Source of the DNA: Parasitella parasitica NRRL 2501
Lineage: Eukaryota; Fungi; Mucoromycota
Direction: 5' to 3'
NCBI GenBank assembly: GCA_025201805.1
Contig: MU619246.1
Location: 1 to 49,456, forward strand
DNA: 49,456 nucleotides
The notes beneath the pieces were generated by a model that saw nothing but the letters and a program-made list of their open reading frames with translations, did no database searches and was not told the DNA's origin. Positions 35,909 through 47,742 of this stretch are shown piece after piece; position 1 is the stretch's first letter; each line of letters begins with the position of its first letter. The position numbers and the translations under genes are program-made.

Positions 35909-37629
35909 TTATTGCTTTTTTAATGATTTTCTGGGCCTTTCATCTGCAATCTCAGACGATGCTTTCTTTTTCTTTTTGATGGGCTTCTTCTTAGGCATCT
36001 TCTCTTCGGTATGTGCAGCCTGAGGGTTATTGATTTGAACAATGTCGTCTATAAAGGGCAAGGACGACAAGTAAAAGACTTCGTCGCTGTCCGCCTCATC
36101 GTCTGGATCAATAAATGCCTGTATACTATCACATGTGGTCACGTCTATCGAGATGTCTTCCTCCTCTTGCTTCTGCTTTGTCTTTTCCTCGTCAGGAACC
36201 TAAAATTACACTGATTAACAAACAGATTCATTCTCAAAACTGACAGCAAGACGGTTACCACGTCAAATTCGTCTTCTTTTTCCTCGTATTCCACATTCTC
36301 CTCCAATTCAATGAAATCAGGCGCAAATGCACTCCAGTTTTCTTCATGCTTGGTGGTCCAAATGTAGATGTTGCCAAAACTGCTCACTGATGCTATAATG
36401 GGTCTGACAGGATGCCACTAGGAAAACAGATTAGGTCATCTCTAGACAAATGCTGATCCTATACCTACTGCAAGGTCATCGAGTGGCTCTTTGGGGCCCT
36501 CCAGAATCTTGACTAGGTTGCCCATATTCTTATCCCATATGTAAATATTATGCTCTGCCTTGTGCCCTGAGCCTCCAATGACAAACTCTCCGTCGCTGCT
36601 AAAGCAGCTTTGACTCCACTGGATTCGATTCACCAAGTCTTGGAATTTATTGTGTAGTTTGGGGAATCCCGTTGTTGGGTCGAGTCGAAAATATCGTATT
36701 TGCCGATCGTTTGCATTAATGAGCAAATCACTAAATAAAACCAATCCCTTTAATAAAACTTGTAATAGCACGTAGCCATCTCTATTACCGTCCATTTCTA
36801 CTCCATTGTATTCCTTTAATCGTCGTACTCCCAACTCTTGAGCTGTGTATAATCTGCCAAAATAAAGAGCATAAGCAAACTGCCTGACAACACGCATGTC
36901 GCTTACTTTATTTGACTCTACATCAATAATGTGGAGATATCCCTTTGAGTTGCCAGTGTATATCCGACTCCCTGCCTTATTCCATGCCAACGCTGTAACG
37001 TATGACGTTCTACTCCATGGGGTTAGCACGTTAAATTGGATAACGGTTGATTTGATCAACATACGCTTTTGATGAATCGTCTTTATCGTCTGGTTCTGTC
37101 GGCAGCTCAGTTCTAACGGTCTCTGTACCTACGATATCAACAATGACAGGTTTTTTTTGAAAGAGTGCTGCGATGAATCGGTTGCTATAGAGTTTTGTTA
37201 GAGCCATGCCATTGATGGTTGCATAGAGACTAGTTTTTACTTGTTTTTCGGATGCATTTGAGCCATCATGAGTGGTGTCTCGAATCTTACTTTCAGCTTC
37301 TTTGTTCCAGAGACAAGATCCCAGTATATGCAGGTCCAATCTTTCGACGCAGACAATAAACTTCTTCCATTATGGGACCAGCTAGACAGTTTTAATAAGC
37401 CTCGGTGTCACTGATTTGCTAAATCGAACAAACCTTATGCTGGTAATTGGCTTGACATGCCCCAGCAAACTACGAGTAATGCCTTTTGTATCGAAATCAT
37501 AAACAACACAGCGTCCGTCCAAACAGCCAGCTGCTAGCAGTGTGCCGCGTTTATTGAACTTGCAGTTCAATACAAATCCATCTTCCAAGGTATCTTCAAT
37601 TAACTGTGGATATTCCTGCTCCCAAGGAT
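35909..37629 (-). CDS. SWD1: COMPASS subunit Swd1/RBBP5 (WD40); first exon lies in the N-gap
   Basis: DPWEQEYP...[72 protein letters not shown]. Confidence 0.93.
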
Positions 37630-37682
37630 CTGCATTATTTTTAGTATTTCCTCGGTTGGAGTCTTTTTTTTTTTTTTTTTTT

Positions 37683-38122
37683 NNNNNNNNNNNNNNNNNN
37701 NNNNNNNNNNNNNNNNNNNNNNNNNNNNNNNNNNNNNNNNNNNNNNNNNNNNNNNNNNNNNNNNNNNNNNNNNNNNNNNNNNNNNNNNNNNNNNNNNNNN
37801 NNNNNNNNNNNNNNNNNNNNNNNNNNNNNNNNNNNNNNNNNNNNNNNNNNNNNNNNNNNNNNNNNNNNNNNNNNNNNNNNNNNNNNNNNNNNNNNNNNNN
37901 NNNNNNNNNNNNNNNNNNNNNNNNNNNNNNNNNNNNNNNNNNNNNNNNNNNNNNNNNNNNNNNNNNNNNNNNNNNNNNNNNNNNNNNNNNNNNNNNNNNN
38001 NNNNNNNNNNNNNNNNNNNNNNNNNNNNNNNNNNNNNNNNNNNNNNNNNNNNNNNNNNNNNNNNNNNNNNNNNNNNNNNNNNNNNNNNNNNNNNNNNNNN
38101 NNNNNNNNNNNNNNNNNNNNNN
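37683..38122. other. Assembly gap (N run)
   Basis: Run of N flanked by poly-T and poly-A. Confidence 0.99.
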
Positions 38123-38158
38123 AAAAAAAAAAAAAAAAAAAGAAAAGAAAATGAGAGT

Positions 38159-40922
38159 CTATGAGGATGTAGAAGTAAGCATCCAAAATGGCGGGATGCC
38201 TAATCTTCCTTTCACGGCATCGTCATGCATTAATTTAGCGATATCTTGTTGCTGCTGTAAACTATCTTCTACATCGAGATTGAAGCTCTCTTGCTCTTGG
38301 CCCAACAAGTCCCATCTCTCACCAAAATCCGAAACGTGCTGCACCATCCAAATGCGGTCTGCTTCGGTTCTGTCTTTGACGCGATCATCAATGTCAACAT
38401 TCTCATAATGGCTGTGGCTAAACGCTTCCTGTGCCATATACGCTAAAGGCTGTAATCTGGACTTAACAAATGCCGCATCTCCTGCGTTGAGTTGCGGCAA
38501 AGAGTCAGAGTACTTTTTCAGATGGGCGACTACAGAGTGGGATATTTGGCCTTGGTTGGCTGCCATGTAGTGCCAAATGTCTTTTGCAATGCCTGCATTT
38601 TGAATGCCTCGGGCAAGCAGGGTCCAGTACTGCAAATTCAGTGTTTCATAGTGGAGCATGGCTCGCCACTCCATCTGCTTGTCATCGCTGCTGCTGCTGC
38701 TGGCATCACTACTGCTGCTGCTGGTCGACGCTAATAGTCGGCCGCGAGTGGAGCTCTCTTCGTAGGGCTGCGAGCCATCCAGTCTAAACTGCTTTCCAAT
38801 GCGCATGCGACAGCGATTGGCCACACGCAAGAATAATCGAACATCGTCAGTGAAGGCGGCCATGGCTGTTACCTGCAAGTCGTACAAAACGCCTCTGTGA
38901 TCTGTCATTTGAGCTAAATGGATGCCTGTAGGTGAGGTCACTAAATATTCCAGGAATTCAGCAGTAATAGCTTGTAAATCAATGTATTCCTTGTGCGTGA
39001 GTGCCTGCATGTGTCTCAGCATGCGAATACAATCCAGCAGGGACGAAATATCAGTTTTGGTGAGATCCGAGGTGTTGAGGATGCGATTGTTGCTGTACTT
39101 GGGCACAACGTGCGAGATGCGGCTCAAGCTGGGGAAGTAGTAGCCTTGGTCTGACAGGAAATCCAGCAAATGACTGTCGTCGGGAATTCTGCGAGCAGAG
39201 TTGTATTCGTCCTCATCCTCCACAGCATACTCGTTCAGAAAATGCACTCGGATCAAATTGGCCGCGCCGCGTCCAAATTTCTCTTCGCCTGTAAAGTAGT
39301 TGGCCATAGTTAGGATAGTGACATTCTGTGAGAGTGGGCCTAATTCGTCCTTCTCGGGCACTGCGTCTAGTGGAAGGCCATCCTCCTTGTCTGTGGCTGA
39401 TGACATGGGTGCCAGTCTTTTTTGGCTTTCCTCCAGAATGATCTCTGCTTTGCGCTGTAGTGTTTCGATGGCGTAGCGAATCTCGTAATTCTTGGTCCAA
39501 TGGTCATAGCGGACCTGGTTCATAGGCTTTTCGTCGTATAGAAACAGCTTGTCGTGGTGAAAGGTTTTGCGGGCGATGCTTTCATCCAAGCTGTCCAGCG
39601 ATGACTGAATAGCCATGAGTCGATTGAATGCGCGGATGGATGACGCTTCCTTCTTGTTTTCCTCCTGCGAGGGGTTGCCTGAAAACAATCGAAAGACCCA
39701 ACCAATGTTTTTAAAGTTGCCCTTGTCTTTGCTGTACGGCCTCTCTGTCGGCTCCCAGGGCACAGTGGGTCTGTTGAGCCGTCTGTTCTCCAAGGCGCCT
39801 AGACGCCACAGCAACTCAAGCTTGCTTCTGCGTCCGTATCTCATGTTCAGGTTGTATTCCTCTGTTGCGTCGTATCGAAATATAATCTGCGGCTCTTCTG
39901 GCGTCTTTGGTCTCTCGTCCAAGTTGTTTAGCAGCACTGAATTATTCAATAGCCTCGTCATAGGTACGACAAAGTATTTGGTGTCTTTGCCATGCTTATC
40001 CAGCTGCGATCTGATTTCCTCGAATCCATTATGGCTCAGGTAGCAGTTGCCGTCGAAAGGCATGATCCATTTTGCGTAGGGCAATGTGCGGCCATGCTCT
40101 ATAGCTGTATTGCGGCCGCCATTCTGCTCTGCGAGTTAGACCGACACTGCAACCGGAAAATACAGAAAAGGTAGCACTTACATTGTTCATCGCATACAGA
40201 TTCTTGACGTGGTAGGTGTAGTCGAGTGCTCTCAGTTTGGACACTTTGGAGAATCGTCGGTAGTCATCAGAGTGAAGGAAATCGGCATCTGGGAACTTTT
40301 CCAGCTGGAAATCCAACTTTTCGTATTCCTGCTGGACAAAGGGAACGCGAATGTACTCCATGTTGTAGCTGTCCAGCAGTCTGATGATGGTGGCTTCGTT
40401 GACAGGGTCAATGATGCGGTTCAGGAGAAAGATTTTGTGTGTGTCTGGAAAGCCTGGCTCATGGTCCAGTATAAACTGCAGGTTGGACAGTGTCTGGCCC
40501 TCTTTGTGTCGAGGCGGCAAGTCGTTGCCGATGATGCGGTACAGTATGATTTTGTCTCTAGCGGCCGGCTGCTGGCTCTCTTTGATGTTCCAGGATGGGT
40601 GTGTCTTGTAGTCTGGGGTGTTGCGAACAAAGCGAAAAAAAGGAATATAGCCAAAGATAAACAGCAGACCCACGACTATCAAGAAAAACTTGAGCCATTT
40701 TGATTGCTGCGACGAATAGTACAGAGTTTTCTTGGGCTTCTTGTCCTTTTGATATCCTCTAGGAGAGGGACCCAAGTCAAGAGATAACATTTCTGGCTGC
40801 TGGATGGTGGGGATGTGAGTGTGGCTTGATTTTCTATGTTTTGGGTTAATGGAAGAAGACACAGTTGTGTTCAACGCAGACCGACTTGAGGCTGCATCAT
40901 GATTTAAAAAAGGTGGTAACAT
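38159..40922 (-). CDS. Type II membrane protein (~901 aa): glycosyltransferase-like domain fused to an alginate-lyase-like (PF05426-type) domain
   Basis: One intron (40181-40124) joins the two ORFs as KNLYAMNN/NGGRNTAIEHG. TM WLKFFLIVVGLLFIFGYIPFF; N-domain LYRIIGNDLPPRH...LQFILDHEP...WIMPFDGNCY; C-domain DHRGVLYDLQ...QFRLDGSQPYE...LHYETLNLQYWTLLA. Confidence 0.75.
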
Positions 40923-41402
40923 CCTTATTTGGACCAAAATGGGGGGAGTTGTTTATATTTGCTAAAGGGGGCGGGTAATTACTGTTGAAGAGGCCACTTT
41001 ACACTGTAACCACAGGAGAGAGGATAAATTTACTAATAAACAAAAGAGAAAGAGACCTCTGTACAGTCTAGATTGTTTGTTGTTGTGTAGTACATCCAAT
41101 AGTTCATCTCCTTTTCAATTTCGTTATAAATAGTCTTTTCCTATTTATTTTGGGCTATTTTTTTTTTTTTTTTTCTTGGCTAAAAACAATTTTGTTTACA
41201 TGTGTAAAATCGAGTAGCACATTTGATAATAATAATAATAAAAAAAGGGGAGCTATATCTGTACATTGGTACGATGAAATACGATACATTGTTCAGAGCA
41301 ATCATTAAAGGGGTCAGAGAAAGGGGTATATCAAATTCTGACCAATCACATCTTGGATCAAGTAAATTAATATGGATACCGGCGCTAGTTTTTTAATTTC
41401 TT

Positions 41403-43626
41403 CTAATGTAGTGGTTCAGTTTCTCGCTCTAGCCATGACAGCGCTTTGCCAGCCAGCAAGGGCTCCAGGACATCTCGACACTTTTGATGGTATTTATTAA
41501 TCCACGTCTTTTCGCTGGGTGTCAGTAGAGCATCGTCCAAAAGCTTCCTGCCTGTGGGCACAAATGTGACATGTTCAAATGCAAATGAATCTGTATTTCC
41601 GAATCTGTAAGGCGTAGATGCTCTGCATACAGTCAGCACGTTTTCAATTCTAATGCCGAATTGGCCATCTTCGTAGTAGCCTGGTTCTTTAATCATTCAA
41701 GTTAGGTTATGTTTACAGTATGATGCAATCTCGTACACGCTACCATTGGTCACCATCATGCCTGGCTGGAGTGGTACTGTGTTGTATGAAGCTCTGCTTC
41801 CAATGCCATGCGGCCCTTCATGCACATTCAGATACGCGCCCACACCATGGCCTACGCCATGTCTGAAATTGAGGCCATCTTTCCAGAGCGGAAGTCTAGC
41901 TATCGAATCCAACTGATACCCTGTAGTGCCCTGCGGGAACACAGCCTGATCTAGCGCTATATGACACTGCAAAACTCGAGTGAAGGCTCTTTTTTGGAAC
42001 TCCGTCGGCTCGCCATCAAACATGTATGTTCTGGTCACATCGGTTGTGCCGTCAATGTACTGAGCACCAGAGTCGCACAGATAAATGCGTCGAGGGTTGA
42101 TGATGGCTGAATTTTTGGGATCAGGCTGGTAGTGGATAACGGCTCCGTTGGGACCAGTGGCAGCAATCGTATCAAATGATAGTCCAACATAAGTAGGGTC
42201 CAATCGACGCATCGATGCTAAATGATCGGCGGCTTCTGCCTCTCGGATTGTTTGCTTGTGGATTGTCAGTGCATCTGATAGCCAAGAAAAATGTTTGCAC
42301 AGTGCTACGGCATCTCTTTTATGGCAATTACGGAATCCATTCAATTCAGATTCATTTTTGATTGCTTTTGCTATGCTGAGAAACGAAGGGCCTGCTTTTG
42401 GGACAATGTTCTTCTACATTATATATGCACAATACAGTTGGCATTCTTATGAGAAAGGGAGAAAAGAAAAAAAAAACGGCATGCTTACCTTCCCAATGGC
42501 TTCACAAATTGACATGTTGGTAGTGTTGGGGTCAATCAGGAATGGCTGATTCATACTGCACAAGTCGGGCAGCACTTGGTCGTAATTAGCAAGTCGCACA
42601 CCCGCCTCCTTTAGGTGTGATTTGACTTGATTTGTTAACACAGCACAAGACTGAACATACAGAGTGGCGTGCTGTGGAGTTACCACCGCATAAGAAAAGA
42701 ATACCGGACTACAGTGAATATCAGAACCTCTCAAATTAAGCAGCCATGCAACCTCATCCAGTGCTGATACAACGATATTCATGCCTTGGGCTAATTTACG
42801 TAGCTCAGTCAGCTTGGATTTCACAGATTTGCCAGCGTAGTGAATCGGATGGACTTTGATAGGCTCACAAGGCCTTGGGGGTCGATCATTGGATCGGATC
42901 TGATCGAGAGGATTTCTGCCAACATACACCAACTTTGAGCCAGCTGTGCTTAATTCGTTCTCCAGCCGCTTGGCTTCGTCTAGTGTAATCACAGAAGGAT
43001 CAATGCCAATGGAAGACTTTGGCGGTAGACTCTAGTTGCGTGTTCAGCTGAGAATTCTGTCCGTTTCGATGTAGATGCAGCGAGGATTACCTTTACATAC
43101 TCTTGCCATGTTGGCACGCCGGGTATTCCTTGCTTCATCAGCTTCCAGTACTTTGGATCCAGCTCTTTTGACGCTTGCAGAAAATATCTTCCATCTGTAA
43201 ACAATGCTGCATCATGTTTTGTCACTACAGCGCAGCCTTTTGCAATCACACAATTAATTTATCATTGCATTGCATGATATGCCCTGTACTTGTACAATAT
43301 ACCTGCAGACCCTGTAAACCCCGAAAGCCAGGCCCTTCTATTATCACATTCGGCTGTATATTCACTCTGAAACGGTTTTAATTGAGATATTGTACTCTAA
43401 ATGTAGCTTACCTGATGAGCATCTTCAGAGGGCACAATACTGCAAAAAAAAACAAGTGGTTCAGTAGCCTGCATTGCCTGGAAAATTATCAAGAAACTTA
43501 CAAAGCGTCAAGATTGCTCATAGCAGCTCTCAAAGCAGCTATTTTACCACCAGTGTCTTTTTGTAAGCTAGTAGAGTATGGCCGAATAAACTGCAAATGC
43601 TTGAGTATGTTTTTGCTTGTTGTCAT
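41403..43626 (-). CDS. Xaa-Pro aminopeptidase P (M24B), probably mitochondrially targeted
   Basis: VPSEDAHQ, LFTDGRYFLQA, LDEVAWLLNLRGSDI, DSGAQYIDGTTDVTRT, HGVGHGVGAYLNVHEGP and EPGYYEDGQFGIRIEN. The N-terminus MTTSKNILKHLQFIRPYS resembles a presequence. Confidence 0.93.
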
Positions 43627-44065
43627 TGTACTCTTTTGGAGAAACAGAAAGAGAAGAACCTAGATTTTCCACAGAAAGCAGGCTTTAAATATTCGGCTGT
43701 TTAATTGAGTAACCCACTGCTGCCACCGGTATAAAGCCATTACAAAGTCGATGGTCGACAGTGCAGCAAATTTCCAACATGGATATATACACACATGCAT
43801 TGCGATATAAATCTACATCCTTAAAAGACATGGGAAAGAACCTTTATTTTGACAGGTTCCGAAAAAAAAAAAAAAAAAAAAAGCAGCACCTCATTGTAAA
43901 TGTACAATTTTGTACAATTTTAATGAATTTTTGATTAAAAACGGCATTTTTAGCCACAAGTTTTTATTGTTTTCTGCTTTGCTGTAGTTTATATATGTAA
44001 CAATTTCCAAGTGTAGTGTTGATTTGACGTCCCGGTTGGTGTAATGAGCGAGTTTATCAGCGTAT

Positions 44066-44511
44066 TTAATGAGCATCATCACGCTTGATGATATATTCAA
44101 TAGCTTGTTGTACACTGTGAATGGCATCAGCATCCTTGTCAGGAATCTCGACAGAGAATTCCTCTTCAATGGCCATGACAACCTCAACTGTATCCAAACT
44201 GTCCAAACCAAGATCCTTGACAAAGTTGGATTCAGGTGTCACCTACATTTTGTATATATTCTTTAATCCCTCATCGACTTCCCACCTCCCCCCCTCCCTC
44301 CCTTTTCATGGTTCAATAGAAGTCTTACCTTACCACCGTCAACTTTGTCAAAACTTTTGACAACGTCGAGAACACGAGATTGGACATCTTCTCTGGGAAG
44401 AGTAGCGTACATACGGAACATGGATGGAGTGGCCATACGGACCATAGCGGGACGTTGAATGCTAGCAGCTCTAGAAGCAGCGTTTAATATGACGTTAGGG
44501 CGAAGATTCAT
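44066..44511 (-). CDS. ACP1: Mitochondrial acyl carrier protein (NDUFAB1/Acp1)
   Basis: Arg-rich presequence; the spliced [29 protein letters not shown] carries the phosphopantetheine DSL motif. Confidence 0.95.
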
Positions 44512-45371
44512 GATGTTGGGTTAATTTAATATAATTCAATTTGAAAAAAAAAAAAAAAAAAAAAAGTCAACGAGGGAGGGAAAGCCTTAAAAAGTCCCTG
44601 CCTTTGTAGGCTTTGAACTACCGATGTTTAGATGCGTCACCCCCGGTGCCTCTTTTGGATGACAAGTAATACCACAACGCAACATGTACTTGCGAACATG
44701 CCACGTCCAGTGAGTCCTTGAGGAATATCGAGAGCAACAATCTGCCGCGGGCAAGAAACATTCGAGTAAAACTAGCTTATTAAATTCAAGTCTACCTATG
44801 TGTATATGTATCCAGCTTCAAGTAGGGCAATGAACACACGCTGAAGACGCTGTAAGTCCTTGACGTAGATAGAAAAATATATACAGCGAGTGCAAATGGC
44901 TGACTTTGTCTTTCTTCAAGAGCGGCTGTATGCAAGCGGATTACCTTTATTTCCAAAATGCTTGTAGCATTGTTTCTAATTGACAAAAGTGGAATATGTG
45001 TACCAATGCTGTTAAGCAACCGAGAGCATTGCCGAAACAATACCATTTGAGGTTTTTGCTTGCAGGCTGTGCTCAAAAGCGTTCAGGTTAGACAATGCTG
45101 CCAATCGGGATCAGTCTTTTCAATCTATTTGCATGTCAGTCAGTTTACTGTTGTATATTTGCCGACGGATTCCACGCAATAGTCTTTCTCAAATTGTGGA
45201 TACACTGATATCAGCTATTTGTGCAGAATGCATGATGTGACTCCATTATGATTATGTAGCTCGTGATGATTATGTGAAAAAACTCCAAAATTTGCTTTTC
45301 TTTTCCTCTACTTTTCTTTTGCTTCTCAAGTATTTCTACTCTATAGACCGTAATTTTGCTTTTATTACACA

Positions 45372-47170
45372 ATGGCGCACCATTCCGATGACCAGCAGCA
45401 TACCGACAAGGAGCTACCTCAACCACACAATAGTAACCATATCAGCACGGCCCCTTTAAAAGACAAATTGTTGACAAACTCTAGTTACTTGGCAGCAGAG
45501 ATACCGCTGAAATTGGGCCATTTCATGTCGAATTTGTGGATATCTGGCTCAGAGCTCTCCAGCTCCTTCTTTCTTCAGAACGGGGAGTGCAGTCTTGATT
45601 CAGAAAATGCTAAAGTCGTCTGGCTGCTCGGCTGTCCTTATCAATCCAAGCCATTAGACCCAATGCAGCAAGCTATCATGGATGCTCAAAAGGACGAAAT
45701 GTTCAGGCCTGGCGCAGACAGAGAGGACCAAGAGGTCCTTAGAGACAATGTTTCGCTGGTATGGCCGCCTGATTTCTACGATGATTTCACTTCCCGGTTG
45801 TGGATGACCTATCGTCACAACTATCCTCCTATTCGCCCATCTAATCACAAGACAGACATTGGTTGGGGCTGTATGTTGAGAAGCGGGCAGAGTCTGCTAG
45901 CAAATACACTGCTGGTGCATTTTTTATCAAGAGGTAAACGGAAGCTTTGATTGTGTGTGTGTGTGTGCTGCGGTTTATTTATTGATCAATTGGGGGGGGG
46001 GCTACATTGTAGATTGGAGACGGCATAAGCAAACTCCAGCAGCTAGGCAGCAATATGGAAAGGTGAGTGTATTTCAAGGTTGCCAATCTGCACTGGATAT
46101 TGAAATTTAGGCAGATTATACACTGGTTTTTGGACGAACTGTCACCCAGAGCGCCCTTCTCGATCCACAGGATTGCGTTGCTCGGCAAACAGTTGGGCAA
46201 GAACATTGGAGAGTGGTTTGGCCCCAGTACAATCAGCCAAGTGATCCAGTAAGATCAACGCCATGCGCAAAAGAAACCATTAGATCTTAATTGAGCTTAT
46301 TGTTAGAGCACTAGTATCGGATTTCCAGCCTGCTGACCTATCAGTTTACATCGCCACAGACGGCACAATCTACTTGGATGGTGTGCACGATGTTACCAGA
46401 GGAAAGAAGCCAAGAGGTGATTTCAGCTATTTGACTGGCAAGCTGTCTTCCTGTGGCTCAGATGAGGGGAGGGAGGAAGCAAAACATCTGTATGATGCGA
46501 GTAGCACACCGCAAGAAGAAGATGCATCTCACAATGATAGGTTGCCACAAGATTCCGAGGATGCATTCAAGCCTGTGTTAATGCTAGTTGCTTTGAGATT
46601 GGGCATTGACTCGCTTCACCCGACCTACCACCCTGCATTGAAGGCATGTTTTGAGCTGCCATCATTTGTCGGCATCGCCGGCGGTAGACCCAATTCATCC
46701 CTATACTTCATAGGTCTGCAGGGAGACGATTTAATATACCTTGATCCACATTTTTCAAGACCAGCACTAGAGACAAAAAGCTTATCACAGTATACAAATG
46801 AAGATTTCAGCACCTATCACTGCACGATACCTCGGAAGATCCCCATCTCTAATCTTGATCCGTCGATGATGCTTGGATTCTACTGCCGTGATCGGCAAGA
46901 GCTTGATTTATTCTGCGACCAAATCAAAATGGTAAGTAGCGTAGATGCTTCCTATGATTGTGGCTAATATTTTTAATCACAACAAAGATCTCTCAAAAGC
47001 ATAGCGCAATATTTAGTATCCAACAAAGCGCACCAGAATACGACGAAGACGTTCGCAGTGAAAATGATTTTGGGGTGATGAGTGATGAGGATGAGGACAA
47101 TCAATTGGAAAAACAAAAGTGCGAAAACAATAGCAGTGATGGCGATGAGGATGGCAACTCTATTTTCTAG
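45372..47170 (+). CDS. ATG4: Autophagy cysteine protease Atg4 (peptidase C54)
   Basis: LWMTYRHNY, TDIGWGCMLRSGQSLLAN (catalytic Cys), FSIHRIA, GEWFGPS, GIAGGRP, YLDPH (Asp/His) and LDPSMMLGF. Confidence 0.95.
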
Positions 47171-47447
47171 AGGTGTTTTGTGTTGATTATAACTATATTT
47201 ATGTATATTACAGGAAATAAAATAAACTGAAAAAGAAAAGCAGTGTATGTATGCTATGTGTTATTTTACTCTACATAATCCATGATTCACCAGATCAAGG
47301 AAATGAAAACATGCCTCGCATCAGTGAAAAACATCGCTTTTCCTTTAGAACGGTGTTTAAAATACACCTATCAATCTTTTTCTTTGAATTTGAATTTGAC
47401 ACAAAATGGCTCCGTATACAAGGTTGGGGTCTCATCCGACTAGATTT

Positions 47448-47490
47448 TTTTTTTGGTTTCGGAGAGCGTAGCTCTCCGAAACCAAAAAAA
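47448..47490. repeat. Perfect 20-bp inverted repeat with 3-nt loop
   Basis: TTTTTTTGGTTTCGGAGAGC-GTA-GCTCTCCGAAACCAAAAAAA. Confidence 0.95.
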
Positions 47491-47742
47491 CAACGCATTA
47501 ATTTGAACTATCGATTATGGTAGGCAAATGCATCATATGTAACCAGCTTTCGAGAGCTATTATGATATAATGGTCTTATTATTTTAATATATACACTTAA
47601 AAAGATTTGTAGCTGTAAAATTTATTTTGATCTGATCTATGTAAAGTCATTACACAACTTTTAATTCATCCAGGTACGCACAGTTTATTTGCTGATTATA
47701 GTGTATTTATTCTAAGATATTATAACCATATACACTAAAAAG

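Noticed and set aside
34879-40922. CHS5 plus GT-lyase as a cell-wall gene cluster
   Set aside because: They are separated by unrelated SWD1, and proximity alone is not evidence in a eukaryote.
47405-47440. GGCTCCGTA... as a tRNA 5' fragment (possible Dada target)
   Set aside because: No convincing A/B box or cloverleaf.
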